Origin: Candidatus Cloacimonadales bacterium
GTDB taxonomy: Bacteria > Cloacimonadota > Cloacimonadia > Cloacimonadales > JAFGVF01
DNA: 64,000 nt
Direction: 5' to 3'
Assembly (NCBI GenBank): GCA_963678315.1
Contig: OY782781.1
Coordinates: 2,048,001 to 2,112,000 of the forward strand
Position numbers and translations under genes: made by a program. This document shows, in pieces, positions 1 to 10,301 of this stretch (positions are counted from its first letter, which is position 1; every line of letters begins with the position of its first letter). The notes under the pieces are model-generated. The model saw nothing but the letters and a program-made list of their open reading frames with translations. It made no database searches and had not been told where the DNA came from.

Positions 1-769
1 TAAATACAGACTTGATAAAGAAGAAGCTATTGATATTCTTGAAATTGATAACTCATCAGTTAGAGTAGCTCAAATTAAACGTTTAGAAAAATTAAAAGCT
101 GAACGTGACAATGATAAAGTAAAAAAATGCTTAGCAGCTATAACTAAAGCAGCAGAAACAGGTCAAGGTAACTTACTTGAACTCTCAATCTACGCTGCTC
201 GTGAAAGAGCTACACTAGGCGAAATCTCAGATGCTATGGAGGTCGTTTTCGAAAGACATCAAGCTAATAACAAATTAATCTCAAATGTTTACAGCGCAGA
301 ATATGCTAAAAACGAAGAAGTTGATGAAGTTAGAGGAATGACAGACCAGTTCGAAGAGAATGAAGGTCGCCGTCCTAGAATTATGGTTGCGAAAATGGGA
401 CAAGATGGTCATGACCGTGGTGCTAAAGTTGTTTCAACAGCTTACGCAGATATGGGCTTTGACGTAGATGTTGGACCATTATTCCAAACTCCAGCAGAAA
501 CTGCAAAACAAGCGGTTGAAAATGATGTTCATGTTATTGGTATGTCTTCATTGGCTGCTGGTCACAAGACTTTACTTCCTCAACTAATTGAGGAATTAAA
601 GAAACTTGGTAGAGAAGATATCATGGTTATTTGTGGTGGTGTAATTCCAGCTCAAGACTATGATTTCTTATATGAACATGGTGCAGCTGCAATCTTCGGA
701 CCAGGAACAGTGCTTCCTTATGCAGCGAAAACTATTATGGAAAAATTGAATGAAAGATTAGGTTACTAA
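1..769 (+). CDS. scpA: Methylmalonyl-CoA mutase, B12-dependent (3' part; begins before the window)
   Basis: Frame is open from position 2 (KYRLDKEEAIDILEIDNSSVR...RATLGEISDAM). B12-binding motif KMGQDGHDRGAK...SSLAAGH present. MeaB follows. Confidence 0.95.
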   Translation, partial: KYRLDKEEAIDILEIDNSSVRVAQIKRLEKLKAERDNDKVKKCLAAITKAAETGQGNLLELSIYAARERATLGEISDAMEVVFERHQANNKLISNVYSAEYAKNEEVDEVRGMTDQFEENEGRRPRIMVAKMGQDGHDRGAKVVSTAYADMGFDVDVGPLFQTPAETAKQAVENDVHVIGMSSLAAGHKTLLPQLIEELKKLGREDIMVICGGVIPAQDYDFLYEHGAAAIFGPGTVLPYAAKTIMEKLNERLGY

Positions 770-791
770 TCAAAGTTATATAAATTAAGAT

Positions 792-823
792 GAAGTGGTA
801 GATTTTATATATTCTACCACTTC
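792..823 (+). terminator. Stem-loop between mutase and meaB
   Basis: GAAGTGGTAGA-N10-TCTACCACTTC perfect 11-bp stem with a weak U-tail. Confidence 0.55.
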
Positions 824-857
824 TTATATATGCAAATCTAATAGATGTTTATGATTT

Positions 858-2003
858 TTGGAGGAAGCTATTATTAAGAGCAATAGACCAGAATGGGTTC
901 CTAAAGATGGAGGGAATGAGTTTACTACAGTAGTTAATCCTGGTAAGAGTGTTAATCACGATGGATTACCTAGTAAAGAAAATACTTCAATTAAGAAGTA
1001 TAAGTCTGTGAAAAGAAAACAGATAACAACAGAAGAATACTATAATGGCATCATGAATAGGGATAAAACAATTTTAGCTAGGGCAATAACTTTAGTAGAA
1101 AGTAATTCTTCAAAACACTTTTCAATGGCTCAAGATCTTATAAAGCAAATTCTACCAAAAACAGGAAAATCTATAAGAATAGGCATTACAGGTGTCCCAG
1201 GAGCTGGTAAAAGCACTTTTATTGAACGCTTTGGTTTGTTCTTGTTGGACCTAGGATATAAAGTCGCTGTCTTAGCAGTTGACCCTTCCAGCACTGTTAC
1301 TAAAGGTTCTATACTGGGGGATAAAACCAGAATGGAGAAACTATCTAGAGAGCAAGATTGCTTTATTAGACCTTCTCCTGCAGCAGGTACCTTAGGTGGT
1401 GTTAATAGAAAAACAAGAGAAACCATGCTCATGTGTGAAGCTTTTGGTTATGATGTTATACTTGTTGAGACTGTTGGAGTAGGGCAGAACGAAGTTACTG
1501 TTAGAGATATGGTTGACTTCTTTATGCTTATTCAAATAGCAGGCGCAGGAGATGAACTTCAAGGTATTAAAAAAGGTGTTATTGAAATTGCAGACGCTAT
1601 AGTTGTTAACAAGGCTGACGGTGATAATATTAACAGAGCAAAGTTAGCTCAAGGTGAATATATGACTGCTTTACACTATATTGCACCAGCAACACCAGGC
1701 TGGAAAACTAAAGCTTTTACTTGCTCAGCACTAAATGGAACTGGCTTGCCTGAAATATGGGATGTTATCAATAAGTTTAAAGAAGTAACAAGTAAGAGTA
1801 AAGTCTTTGATTTACGTAGAAGAGAACAAATAATGACTTGGGTTAAATCAATGATTAATAATCATCTAATCTCATCTTTCTATAATGATAAGAGAATTAA
1901 AGCAGTTATGCCTTCAATACAAAATCAAGTACTTTCAGGACAGTTAACACCTTCTAACTCAGTTGAGAAACTTCTTGAAATATATGAGGATAAAAATGAT
2001 TAA
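858..2003 (+). CDS. meaB: Methylmalonyl-CoA mutase-associated GTPase MeaB/ArgK
   Basis: GITGVPGAGKS P-loop, AVDPSS, GSILGDKTRM, ETVGVGQ, VNKAD; adjacent to mutase. Confidence 0.95.
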   Translation: MEEAIIKSNRPEWVPKDGGNEFTTVVNPGKSVNHDGLPSKENTSIKKYKSVKRKQITTEEYYNGIMNRDKTILARAITLVESNSSKHFSMAQDLIKQILPKTGKSIRIGITGVPGAGKSTFIERFGLFLLDLGYKVAVLAVDPSSTVTKGSILGDKTRMEKLSREQDCFIRPSPAAGTLGGVNRKTRETMLMCEAFGYDVILVETVGVGQNEVTVRDMVDFFMLIQIAGAGDELQGIKKGVIEIADAIVVNKADGDNINRAKLAQGEYMTALHYIAPATPGWKTKAFTCSALNGTGLPEIWDVINKFKEVTSKSKVFDLRRREQIMTWVKSMINNHLISSFYNDKRIKAVMPSIQNQVLSGQLTPSNSVEKLLEIYEDKND

Positions 2004-3291
2004 ATACTACCATCTAATCAGTTTGGGTTGCCCTAAGAATCTAATAGATAGTGAGATATTTGCTTTTCTTACTGAAGAAGCAGGATATTTACCTACCCAA
2101 GAGAGCGATAAAGCAGAACTTATCATTATCAACACTTGTGGCTTTATTAATTCAGCAAAAGAAGAAGGTATTGATACAATCTTTGAAGCAGCTAAGCTTA
2201 AAAAGGAAGGCAACTGCAAAACTTTAATAGTTACAGGGTGCTTAGTTAAAAGATATTTTGACCAGTTGAAAGAAGATATTCCTGAGATTGATATTCTTGT
2301 TAACCTCAAAGACTTTAAATCTTTCGCCCAAATACTTGGTTTGAAAGATTATGCCTACAATCGTAAGCTTATGACCCCTAAGCATTATGCCTATCTTAGA
2401 ATTAGCGATGGTTGTAACAATAATTGTACTTATTGTGCAATTCCCTTAATCAGAGGAAAGCTCAAGTCTATTCCAATGGAAGAGGTAATAGCTGATGCAC
2501 AGAATTTAGCTTCCCAAGGAGTTAAAGAAGTTATCATAACAGCACAGGATACTACCCAATATGGCACTGACTTATATGGTGAAAAGAGACTTATTCCTTT
2601 GTTAAAGGAGATTTCTAAGATAGAGGGTATTCAATGGATTAGATTGCTTTATTTACATCCTGCCCATATTACTCATGACTTAGTAGATGAGATTGCGAAA
2701 CTTCCAAAAATACTTCATTATTTTGATATACCACTTCAACACATCTCTGATAAGATTATGCGTGCTATGAATAGACGCAAATTCAGTGACCACTGTATTG
2801 ATATTATTGAATACATAAGAAGAAAAATGCCTGATGCTATCTTGAGGACAACTTTTATAGTTGGTTTCCCTGGAGAAGAGCGTAGTGATTATGAGAAACT
2901 TAAAAAGTTTATTACACAAGAGAAGTTCGGTAGAATGGGCATATTTACATATTCAGCTGAAGAAGACACTGCAGCTTATGGTTTTGAGAATCCTGTTAAC
3001 AGGCAAACAGCCCTTAATAGGTACAACAAGTTAATGGAAATCCAACAAGATATTTCTACTGAGATTATGGCTTCTTTTATTGGTCAGGAAGTAGATTGTA
3101 TAATTGATAGCCTTTCTGAAGAAGACGCTTATGATTATGAAGGAAGATCATGGTTCGATGCTCCGGATGTAGATGGTATCGTTTATATTTCAGACCCTGA
3201 GGACAAGGCTAAGATTGGTGATATAGTAACTATCAAGGTTACTGATGCCTGGGAATATGACTTGATAGGGGAGATAGTTAAGATTAAGTAG
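1996..3291 (+). CDS. rimO: Ribosomal protein S12 methylthiotransferase
   Basis: SLGCPKN N-terminus, radical SAM CNNNCTYC, C-terminal TRAM (APDVDG). ATG at 1996 preceded by GAGGA is preferred over 1963. Confidence 0.93.
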   Translation: MIKYYHLISLGCPKNLIDSEIFAFLTEEAGYLPTQESDKAELIIINTCGFINSAKEEGIDTIFEAAKLKKEGNCKTLIVTGCLVKRYFDQLKEDIPEIDILVNLKDFKSFAQILGLKDYAYNRKLMTPKHYAYLRISDGCNNNCTYCAIPLIRGKLKSIPMEEVIADAQNLASQGVKEVIITAQDTTQYGTDLYGEKRLIPLLKEISKIEGIQWIRLLYLHPAHITHDLVDEIAKLPKILHYFDIPLQHISDKIMRAMNRRKFSDHCIDIIEYIRRKMPDAILRTTFIVGFPGEERSDYEKLKKFITQEKFGRMGIFTYSAEEDTAAYGFENPVNRQTALNRYNKLMEIQQDISTEIMASFIGQEVDCIIDSLSEEDAYDYEGRSWFDAPDVDGIVYISDPEDKAKIGDIVTIKVTDAWEYDLIGEIVKIK

Positions 3292-3293
3292 TA

Positions 3294-4568
3294 CTATTTA
3301 ACACGGGGTAGTTGGTACCAGCTTGTAGTGTATTTGGGTGATAAGTAATTTCTACGCATTGCCCACTTATTGGATGTGCCTAAACTACTAGAATAAATAG
3401 TATTTGCTCCATAGTGTCTATTAATGCTATCGACCACTGTCATAACTTCTTTTTTAGGACTATCTGGATAAAGGACTTCAAAAATGTCATAGGGGAGATT
3501 ATCTTCTTGCGATATATCTGTAATCATTACACCAGCTTTCTTATAAAGGAAACCATTTCTATATATCTTTCTAAGAATTGTAAGACCTGCTGTTATGAAA
3601 TCAGCTGTATAAGCTGTAGGGCTGTTAAACTTTATTGAGGCATTATTGTTGTATTGAGGAGTGTCTTTAAATCTATTTGTTGTAATAAACACCGATATAA
3701 GCTTTGCTACAGATCCTTGATTTCTTAGTTTCTGAACAGCAATTGTAGTGTAGTTGCTTACTGCTTCTTCAAGTTCTTGTAGAGAAGAAACAGGACGTCC
3801 AAAAGACTTTGAAGAAACAATACCCTTTTTAGCAGGTGTAAGCATTTCTAAGTCTATACATGATATACCTCTTAATTCCAAAACAGTCTTATGACCAATA
3901 GATGTTAAATACTTATCTATCCATTCATCATTACAATGCATGAGGTCGTAAGCAGTCATAATTCCGTGCAAAGTTAGGAACTTTGTGTACTGTCTGCCTA
4001 TTCCCCAAATGCTCTTAACAGGAACTTTCTGCAGTACTCTTTCAGTGTTTGTTTCTGTTAAAAGATTGTATACTCCTTGATAGCGACTATTCTTTTTTGC
4101 TATATGATTAGCTATCTTTGCCAAAGTCTTGGTCTTTCCAATTCCTACTGATACCGGTATGCCTGTTCTTTGTTTTACAGCTTTTCCTATCTGTTGACAG
4201 TAGGCTGTTAAATCTCTATTCTTAAAACCACTCAATTCCAAGAATGATTCGTCAATGGAATATACTTCAACATCAGGACAAAACTCAGCTATTGTATCCA
4301 TAACTCTTGCTGACATATCGGCATAGAGAGTGTAGTTTGAAGAGAAAAGCGATACATTATGCTTTTTAAGAAGAGCTTCATGCTTGAAGGCAGGAAGCCC
4401 CATTTCTATTCCTAAATCTTTTACTTCTTGAGAGCGAGCAATTATACATCCATCATTGTTAGAAAGCACTGCAATTGGTACATTCTCCAAGTTAGGTCTA
4501 AATACCCTTTCGCATGATGCATAAAAGTTATTGCAGTCAATGAGTGCATATATTGCTTCATTTCTCAT
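3294..4568 (-). CDS. umuC: Y-family DNA polymerase V catalytic subunit
   Basis: ALIDCNNFYASCERVF, VLSNNDGC, YSIDESF, C-terminal WAMRRNYLSPKYTTSW. Confidence 0.95.
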   Translation of the reverse strand: MRNEAIYALIDCNNFYASCERVFRPNLENVPIAVLSNNDGCIIARSQEVKDLGIEMGLPAFKHEALLKKHNVSLFSSNYTLYADMSARVMDTIAEFCPDVEVYSIDESFLELSGFKNRDLTAYCQQIGKAVKQRTGIPVSVGIGKTKTLAKIANHIAKKNSRYQGVYNLLTETNTERVLQKVPVKSIWGIGRQYTKFLTLHGIMTAYDLMHCNDEWIDKYLTSIGHKTVLELRGISCIDLEMLTPAKKGIVSSKSFGRPVSSLQELEEAVSNYTTIAVQKLRNQGSVAKLISVFITTNRFKDTPQYNNNASIKFNSPTAYTADFITAGLTILRKIYRNGFLYKKAGVMITDISQEDNLPYDIFEVLYPDSPKKEVMTVVDSINRHYGANTIYSSSLGTSNKWAMRRNYLSPKYTTSWYQLPRVK

Positions 4569-4578
4569 AGTTCCTCGA

Positions 4579-5031
4579 TTACACTTTATGTATTACATAG
4601 CTTACAACACCCCATATTGAAAACTGGTCATCAGACTTTATCATTATAGCTTTATATTCAGGATTCTCTGGTTTGAGGTAGTATATCCCATTTTTTATTA
4701 TAAGACGTTTTACAGTTAGCTCTCCATTAAGAACAGCAATTATAACCTTCTTATTGAAAGCCTCTAAAGACCTATCTACAATTAGTATATCATCAGGAAA
4801 TATTCCAGCATTTACCATAGAAAACCCATCAACTCTTACAAAATATGTTGCTGAAGGATGCTCAATTAAGTATTCATTAAGATCTAATCTATCTTCAATA
4901 TAATCTTGAGCTGGAGAAGGAAAACCAGCTGACACATCCGTTCCTAACAAGGGCCTAAGAACTTTAGTGCTTGTGTCTACTTTGAAGATTCCTTTAATTG
5001 AACCATCAGTCTTTATTTTCTGTTTATGCAT
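4579..5031 (-). CDS. umuD: Pol V accessory subunit UmuD (S24 peptidase)
   Basis: VSAGFPSPAQDY cleavage site, RVDGFSM, GELTVKRL; directly upstream of umuC. Confidence 0.93.
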   Translation of the reverse strand: MHKQKIKTDGSIKGIFKVDTSTKVLRPLLGTDVSAGFPSPAQDYIEDRLDLNEYLIEHPSATYFVRVDGFSMVNAGIFPDDILIVDRSLEAFNKKVIIAVLNGELTVKRLIIKNGIYYLKPENPEYKAIMIKSDDQFSIWGVVSYVIHKV

Positions 5032-5705
5032 GCAATCCTTACAGTTTTATATCTACTAGGATCAATTTCTAGTTTGGCAGTAATTGTTACTGTGCCAACT
5101 TGATTAGGAGCAAAGAAATTGTTATAAGCAATCCCATCTTCGTCAGTAGCAACACTTTCATATTGCAGGTTACCGGCGGTACTTGTGAATAATACGTTAT
5201 GACCATTCATATAATCATTATCACAACTTATATAGGCTTGAATACTTGTTGATGAATTACCATCAGCTAGAAGTGTGTCAGACGTAGCCACTAATGAGTC
5301 AATTCTTGGCATATCAAGAACTTCAATATCGAAATCCTCATGTTCAGAAGGCCAATCTTCTAGTGTGAACTTAATATTCACAACGCCTGTAGTATCGTAA
5401 GCAGCAAATCTTCCATCGGCAAAGCCATTTTCATCAGTTATCATATACTCACTGCTACCAGTCCCAATGAAATTACCGAATCGGTCATTGTAATCTACCA
5501 GTATTTTCCTTTCATAAAGCTTAGAACTAGGACCATCTAATTGAATTTCAAAGAGAACTTCATTGTATCCAGCTTCATTATATACAAAACTATCTGCAGC
5601 TGATATATCCATGGTTGGGTCATCATCACCTCTACTATCACATGCAACAAATAGAACAAATAGTGCTAAAACACAGACAAGTTTAATAAAAGTTTTCTTT
5701 TTCAT
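5013..5705 (-). CDS. Lipoprotein with invasin-like Ig (Big_1) domains
   Basis: Signal peptide with lipobox FVAC; two TDE(N/D)G motifs, LLADGNSSTSI and GTVTITA typical of Big_1. Confidence 0.7.
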   Translation of the reverse strand: MKKKTFIKLVCVLALFVLFVACDSRGDDDPTMDISAADSFVYNEAGYNEVLFEIQLDGPSSKLYERKILVDYNDRFGNFIGTGSSEYMITDENGFADGRFAAYDTTGVVNIKFTLEDWPSEHEDFDIEVLDMPRIDSLVATSDTLLADGNSSTSIQAYISCDNDYMNGHNVLFTSTAGNLQYESVATDEDGIAYNNFFAPNQVGTVTITAKLEIDPSRYKTVRIACINRK

Positions 5706-5708
5706 AGT

Positions 5709-6596
5709 TTAACCTCTCGGGTGATATAGTTTGTGTTCTTCAATTAAGTAATTAATGCTCATATTGGTATAAATCTGTGTAGTGTCCAAACTTGCGTGCC
5801 CTAGTAATGTTTGAACTATACGCAGATTTGCTCCAGCTTCAAGTAGATGAGTTGCAAAGGAATGTCTAATTGTATGTGGGGATATGTTTCTTGAAATACC
5901 GGCATTTAAAGCACATTTACGTAATATCTTCCAAAATCCCATTCTAGACATTTTGTCTCCTCTACTATTAAGAAATAGAGTATCTGTTACTTTATCCTTT
6001 TTTATTTTGAATCTCACAACTTTCATGTATTGCAATAGATATTCCATAGCAACATTTGGAATAGGTAGAATTCTTTGTTTATTTCCTTTTCCATGAATTA
6101 GAACAGTTAATTCTTTGCTATTTACATCATGAATGGAAAGATTTAGAAGTTCAGAAACACGAATACCAGTAGCATACATTAATTCTAGCATTGCTTTATT
6201 CCTATAGCCTAATTTGCTATCAGTGTTTATACTTTCTAGTAAATTGAGCATTTCTTCCACAGAAACAACATCAGGTATATTTCTATTATAAGATATTGAG
6301 GGAATATCATCTATATTAACTAAAATAGGTATATCATCCTCTAAAAAATAGAGAAACATATTCTTGATAGCAGATCGTTTTCTAGCAATTGACGAGTTTA
6401 CTAAGCCTGCTTCATTTAAAAGCATTAAGTAATTCATAATGTCATCATTAGAGACTAAGCTTAGATCTTTGTCTAAATAATCAATAAAAGCGACTAAGTC
6501 AGACTTATAGCTATCAAGAGAGTTTTTTGATAAACCCTTTTCTAGTTTTATATAATACATATATCCGTTTAATAATGATTTATTTCTATTATCCAT
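5709..6596 (-). CDS. xerD: Tyrosine recombinase XerD
   Basis: EKGLSKNSLDSYKSDL, LELMYATGIRVSEL, GKGNKQR, SPHTIRHSFATHLL, LGHASLDTTQIYT, C-terminal YHPR. Confidence 0.9.
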   Translation of the reverse strand: MDNRNKSLLNGYMYYIKLEKGLSKNSLDSYKSDLVAFIDYLDKDLSLVSNDDIMNYLMLLNEAGLVNSSIARKRSAIKNMFLYFLEDDIPILVNIDDIPSISYNRNIPDVVSVEEMLNLLESINTDSKLGYRNKAMLELMYATGIRVSELLNLSIHDVNSKELTVLIHGKGNKQRILPIPNVAMEYLLQYMKVVRFKIKKDKVTDTLFLNSRGDKMSRMGFWKILRKCALNAGISRNISPHTIRHSFATHLLEAGANLRIVQTLLGHASLDTTQIYTNMSINYLIEEHKLYHPRG

Positions 6597-6602
6597 GATT
6601 CA

Positions 6603-6630
6603 ATTATATTATGTTGTAATTTCTTGTAAA
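6603..6630 (-). promoter_or_regulatory. Putative sigma70 promoter immediately before the xerD ATG (leaderless)
   Basis: Minus strand TTTACA-N16-TATAAT ending 6 nt before the ATG; no Shine-Dalgarno sequence. Confidence 0.5.
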
Positions 6631-6732
6631 GTAAATTTAAATATTATTGAAAATAATTAACCAACACTTATTATAATGTTACTTATTGAAGGCAGGTAAA
6701 TCTTATGCTTATCTTGTAAAATTAACTACAAA

Positions 6733-6782
6733 CTTAATAGTCTCTTGCATTAAAATGCGATTTAGTGCAGGAGGTTATTAAT
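6733..6782. repeat. Dispersed ~50-bp palindromic element, copy 1 (TGCA subtype)
   Basis: CTTAATAGTCTCTTGCATTAAA...TTTAGTGCAGGAGGTTATTAA; similar to 16832-16881. Confidence 0.75.
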
Positions 6783-6889
6783 AAAACACATATCTTAAAG
6801 AAAATTCTACTTCTGCTCTGAACAAAGTATTCATAGAATTTGTAAGCATTTTTTAAAGAATATTAAACTACTAAAAGAAGTGCAAAGTC

Positions 6890-7765
6890 TTAGTTAGATT
6901 TTGCAGAAGCTTTATGAGAAGCAATGAGAATAGCACCAAGCACAGCAGGAATCATTGTGTTGATTATGAAGATAATCAAAGCCGTTGTTACAGCAGAAGT
7001 TTCAGAAACATTGTACTTACTTAAAACATTAATTGCAAAATATTCCCTTAGACCAAGACCCGAATATGTTATTGGTATTACATTAGCAGATAATATTAAG
7101 GCTGTCGAAATACATGAATGAAGAATTGAGACATCTGTAAAAGTTGATAAAATGAGCCAATACTGAATCATAGTTAGGGGAATAAAGAAAAGCTGACTAA
7201 GGATTATCTTAGGAAAAATGTTCTTTAACTGTTTTGTATGCTTTCTGTATTTAGGGATGAGATAAACCACTATAAACAAAATCAAAGGGGAAAGGGTTAC
7301 GAAAATCAATAGAGATAATCTTAAAGAAAAAGCTAGTTCAGTAAAATAAAACATGGTCGCTATTGAAGCATAAAATAGGTTACCCCAAGTTTGAAAGAAC
7401 TTTTCTATGAGTACAGAAACGAATGTTGCCTTCTTGGAATTGTCAATGAAGTACATTTTACCATAAGTAGCATGACCACCAGGGACAACAAATCTTAGGG
7501 ATAAACCAATAAAATAAGTTTTAAGTATTTCCAGTAACTTTGGTTTATAGTTTGGATTAATTGTTAAGGCATTATACCAATTACTACATTGGGTTACATG
7601 TTTTAGTAAAGAGCTTATTAGTAATATAAGAATAGTAGTAAAAGATAGATGTTTGATATTATCAACAAAAATATTAAAATCTACTTTGCTATAAATATAT
7701 GCCAATATAGCAATAGATATTATTATCTTTAGAAAAAAAATTAGTTTCTTTTTTACTTTTTCCAT
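6890..7765 (-). CDS. Lysylphosphatidylglycerol synthase TM / flippase-like membrane protein (UPF0104)
   Basis: Multiple TM helices; LKIIISIAILAYI start and IPITYSGLGLRE motif. Confidence 0.75.
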   Translation of the reverse strand: MEKVKKKLIFFLKIIISIAILAYIYSKVDFNIFVDNIKHLSFTTILILLISSLLKHVTQCSNWYNALTINPNYKPKLLEILKTYFIGLSLRFVVPGGHATYGKMYFIDNSKKATFVSVLIEKFFQTWGNLFYASIATMFYFTELAFSLRLSLLIFVTLSPLILFIVVYLIPKYRKHTKQLKNIFPKIILSQLFFIPLTMIQYWLILSTFTDVSILHSCISTALILSANVIPITYSGLGLREYFAINVLSKYNVSETSAVTTALIIFIINTMIPAVLGAILIASHKASAKSN

Positions 7766-8793
7766 TTTACCTCTGAAAAGCTTCCTATCAATGAGTAGTA
7801 CAACATATAATATGGATAACTTATGCTTGCAAAGAAGTCTGTAATTGTATATCTTTCATTATGTTTTGCTACTGAACATAGATAGAACATATTTATACCT
7901 AATAAATAAGTTAGCACAGGTTTAACATCGAATATTACACTTACAGGAAGAGTGATATAAAATACTAAAACAAGAATAGAAAAGAATTTATGGAATGGGG
8001 AAGACATAGAGTATTTGCCATAGTGTCTTCTTGCTTGACTCTTTCTTTGTTCCTTATTGACTATTCTTTCTTGTTCAATAACTTTTGTGTCTGAGTTATA
8101 GACAACCTTCCACTTAGTCTTGCAGATAAGATTAAGAAGTTGTTTGTCATCTCCAGATTGATTATGTTTGATTTTGGAGTATCCTCCAACTTCATTAATT
8201 ACTTCTCTTCTAATAGCTAAATTACCACCTGAACAAGAAAAGGGTTTTCCGATTCCAACCATAGAAGCAAATAATCCAGAAGAAAATACTCTCTTGAACT
8301 TCATTAAACTGCTTAGTCTTTGGCCTCTAATGTAGCCTAGAACAAGTCCTGTATCCTTCAAGAAATACTTATCAAAACTTTGAATCCAATTAGGAGGAAC
8401 AATAGCATCAGCATCAGTAAATAGTATTATATCTTTGGAAGAGTAATCTACAGCTGTTTGCAAAGCAGCTTTTTTCCCAAGATAGTCATGGTATTTGCTT
8501 TCAGGTTTTAGTAGAATCCAATTGCTATGCTTGTTTGTATATCTACTAATTACTTGTGATGTCTGGTCGGTTGAGTTGTCATCTACTAATATAATCTCAT
8601 AAAGAGAATAATCATAAGTTAAATTCTCTAAAGAGATTAATAATCTTTCAATAATAGCTTCTTCATTATAAGCACTAATGACAATAGAAAACGAGTTATC
8701 ATTCTTTGAAGTAGGATATTTTCTTAATATGAAAAGTCCTAAGATAGCGTATGACAAGCTAAAGAGGTAAATAAATAAATAAAAAATCTGCAT
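7753..8793 (-). CDS. Glycosyltransferase family 2, membrane-anchored
   Basis: FSIVISAYNEE, DDNSTDQT, GKKAAL, FTDAD, SGDD; N- and C-terminal TM segments. Confidence 0.9.
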   Translation of the reverse strand: MQIFYLFIYLFSLSYAILGLFILRKYPTSKNDNSFSIVISAYNEEAIIERLLISLENLTYDYSLYEIILVDDNSTDQTSQVISRYTNKHSNWILLKPESKYHDYLGKKAALQTAVDYSSKDIILFTDADAIVPPNWIQSFDKYFLKDTGLVLGYIRGQRLSSLMKFKRVFSSGLFASMVGIGKPFSCSGGNLAIRREVINEVGGYSKIKHNQSGDDKQLLNLICKTKWKVVYNSDTKVIEQERIVNKEQRKSQARRHYGKYSMSSPFHKFFSILVLVFYITLPVSVIFDVKPVLTYLLGINMFYLCSVAKHNERYTITDFFASISYPYYMLYYSLIGSFSEVKWKK

Positions 8794-10301
8794 TAGAATT
8801 TTGTATGATAACTTACTACCAATTCTTTATCAAATGATTGATCATTCTCTTTAACCAACTCTAAAGATAGCTTCAAATTATGACTATATAAGATGTTGAA
8901 ATTTACTTCATTCTTGATTGATAAGATATCATTAACATCACCTTCAAGCCATGATGCTGACGAATTATCAATATCATCAATTTCATAAGTATAATTTAAA
9001 TCATAAGAGTTTGCTTCAGAACCTTGTCTAATATAAGAAGCATTAGCACAGTAATCTATGTAATCATTGAATAATGAGAAATTAGCTTCTATAGTATATT
9101 TGATTAAATTTGTACCGTCAGGGAATCCTAATGGTGTGTTATCATTGGATACTTTTGTATATAAATATTTATGAGTGTAGAGCCATGGACGTATTGCTGT
9201 AAACTCAATTCCAATATTTTCCATCGAGAAAAGACTCGATTGAATAATGTCTTTTCTAACATAACCTAATTGAAAAGCGTACTTGTTGCCCCACCAACTG
9301 GTGAATAATTTGCTTTTGGAAAGTTCATCAAAGATAGCGTTAGAATAGATCAAGTCTTTACTTGTTGGCATATAGTTTAATCCACCAAAGATTAAGACAT
9401 TGCCTCTATCGCCTTGGTTGTGCTCAACTATGCGCCAGAAGCCTAAAGGAATCAAATAATTGATGTCTATGTTTCTGTTGCCATAAAAGATTTGTTCTCC
9501 AAAAAAGATATTGAATTTTTCGCTTGGATTCCATGAAAAGGAGTGCATTGCTAAATACTTGTCTGGAGCATCATGTTTATTAATAGACCCTAAGCCATCA
9601 GTTCTTGTGCTATCACAAACTAGACTAGCATGTACAAAATCTAAATTGAAATGACCAAATTCTAATGAGTAATTAAGGAAACCATAATCATTGGTGTTTT
9701 CATCACTAAGAATGATAGATCCTCCAATATTAGAACCAACTTCAATTTTATCTCTTCTTATTGAGGCATAACTATTTTCATTAAAGTTATAAGTAATGTC
9801 TCCTTTCATTTTATCAATGTATATGGTGTCATCTTCTTCTTGTACCCAAGAGTTAACTAGATATGAGGATTGAGAGTAATCATCGTTTGTTGATGTATGC
9901 CCTTTCCACCAATGCCCATTGATAGATAAGTTCTGATATTGGCCATTGAATTCAAAGCCCCAGTAAGTGAAGGTATAATTTTCCCTATCTGCTTTAGAGT
10001 AATCAAAACCACCTAATACGTGTCCTTCTACTTTATATGAATTATCCTGATAAAAGAGTAAACTTTGCTTTTTATATCGTGCAAACAGGTAGTTTGCTAA
10101 AGTATTTTTAAACTTTTTGCTAGATTGTAAAGGAAAAGAATAACCATTCGAAAGAATATCATCATTATCAAACTTAGTTGGCTTATAGTCTTCTTTCAAT
10201 ATACTTTTATCATAGTTTGAATCTATGTAGTTATTAATCTGTAACGCTTTCGCTAATAGGGGAGAAGTAATAAGAAGTAACAATAAAAGTTTCTTAATCA
10301 T
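8793..10301 (-). CDS. Outer-membrane beta-barrel protein, Wzi/capsule-assembly-like
   Basis: Signal peptide, aromatic-rich strands, NYLIPLGF..EH, NKYAFQLG, RPWLYTH, PLGFPDG motifs, terminal Phe. Confidence 0.55.
   Translation of the reverse strand: MIKKLLLLLLITSPLLAKALQINNYIDSNYDKSILKEDYKPTKFDNDDILSNGYSFPLQSSKKFKNTLANYLFARYKKQSLLFYQDNSYKVEGHVLGGFDYSKADRENYTFTYWGFEFNGQYQNLSINGHWWKGHTSTNDDYSQSSYLVNSWVQEEDDTIYIDKMKGDITYNFNENSYASIRRDKIEVGSNIGGSIILSDENTNDYGFLNYSLEFGHFNLDFVHASLVCDSTRTDGLGSINKHDAPDKYLAMHSFSWNPSEKFNIFFGEQIFYGNRNIDINYLIPLGFWRIVEHNQGDRGNVLIFGGLNYMPTSKDLIYSNAIFDELSKSKLFTSWWGNKYAFQLGYVRKDIIQSSLFSMENIGIEFTAIRPWLYTHKYLYTKVSNDNTPLGFPDGTNLIKYTIEANFSLFNDYIDYCANASYIRQGSEANSYDLNYTYEIDDIDNSSASWLEGDVNDILSIKNEVNFNILYSHNLKLSLELVKENDQSFDKELVVSYHTKF

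Noticed and set aside
770..857. Cobalamin riboswitch between mutase and meaB
   Set aside because: The gap is only 88 bp with one simple hairpin and no B12-box.
3294..6596. Prophage/ICE suggested by a tyrosine recombinase plus umuDC
   Set aside because: The recombinase has chromosomal XerD signatures and size; no phage, conjugation or att features seen; flanks are housekeeping genes.
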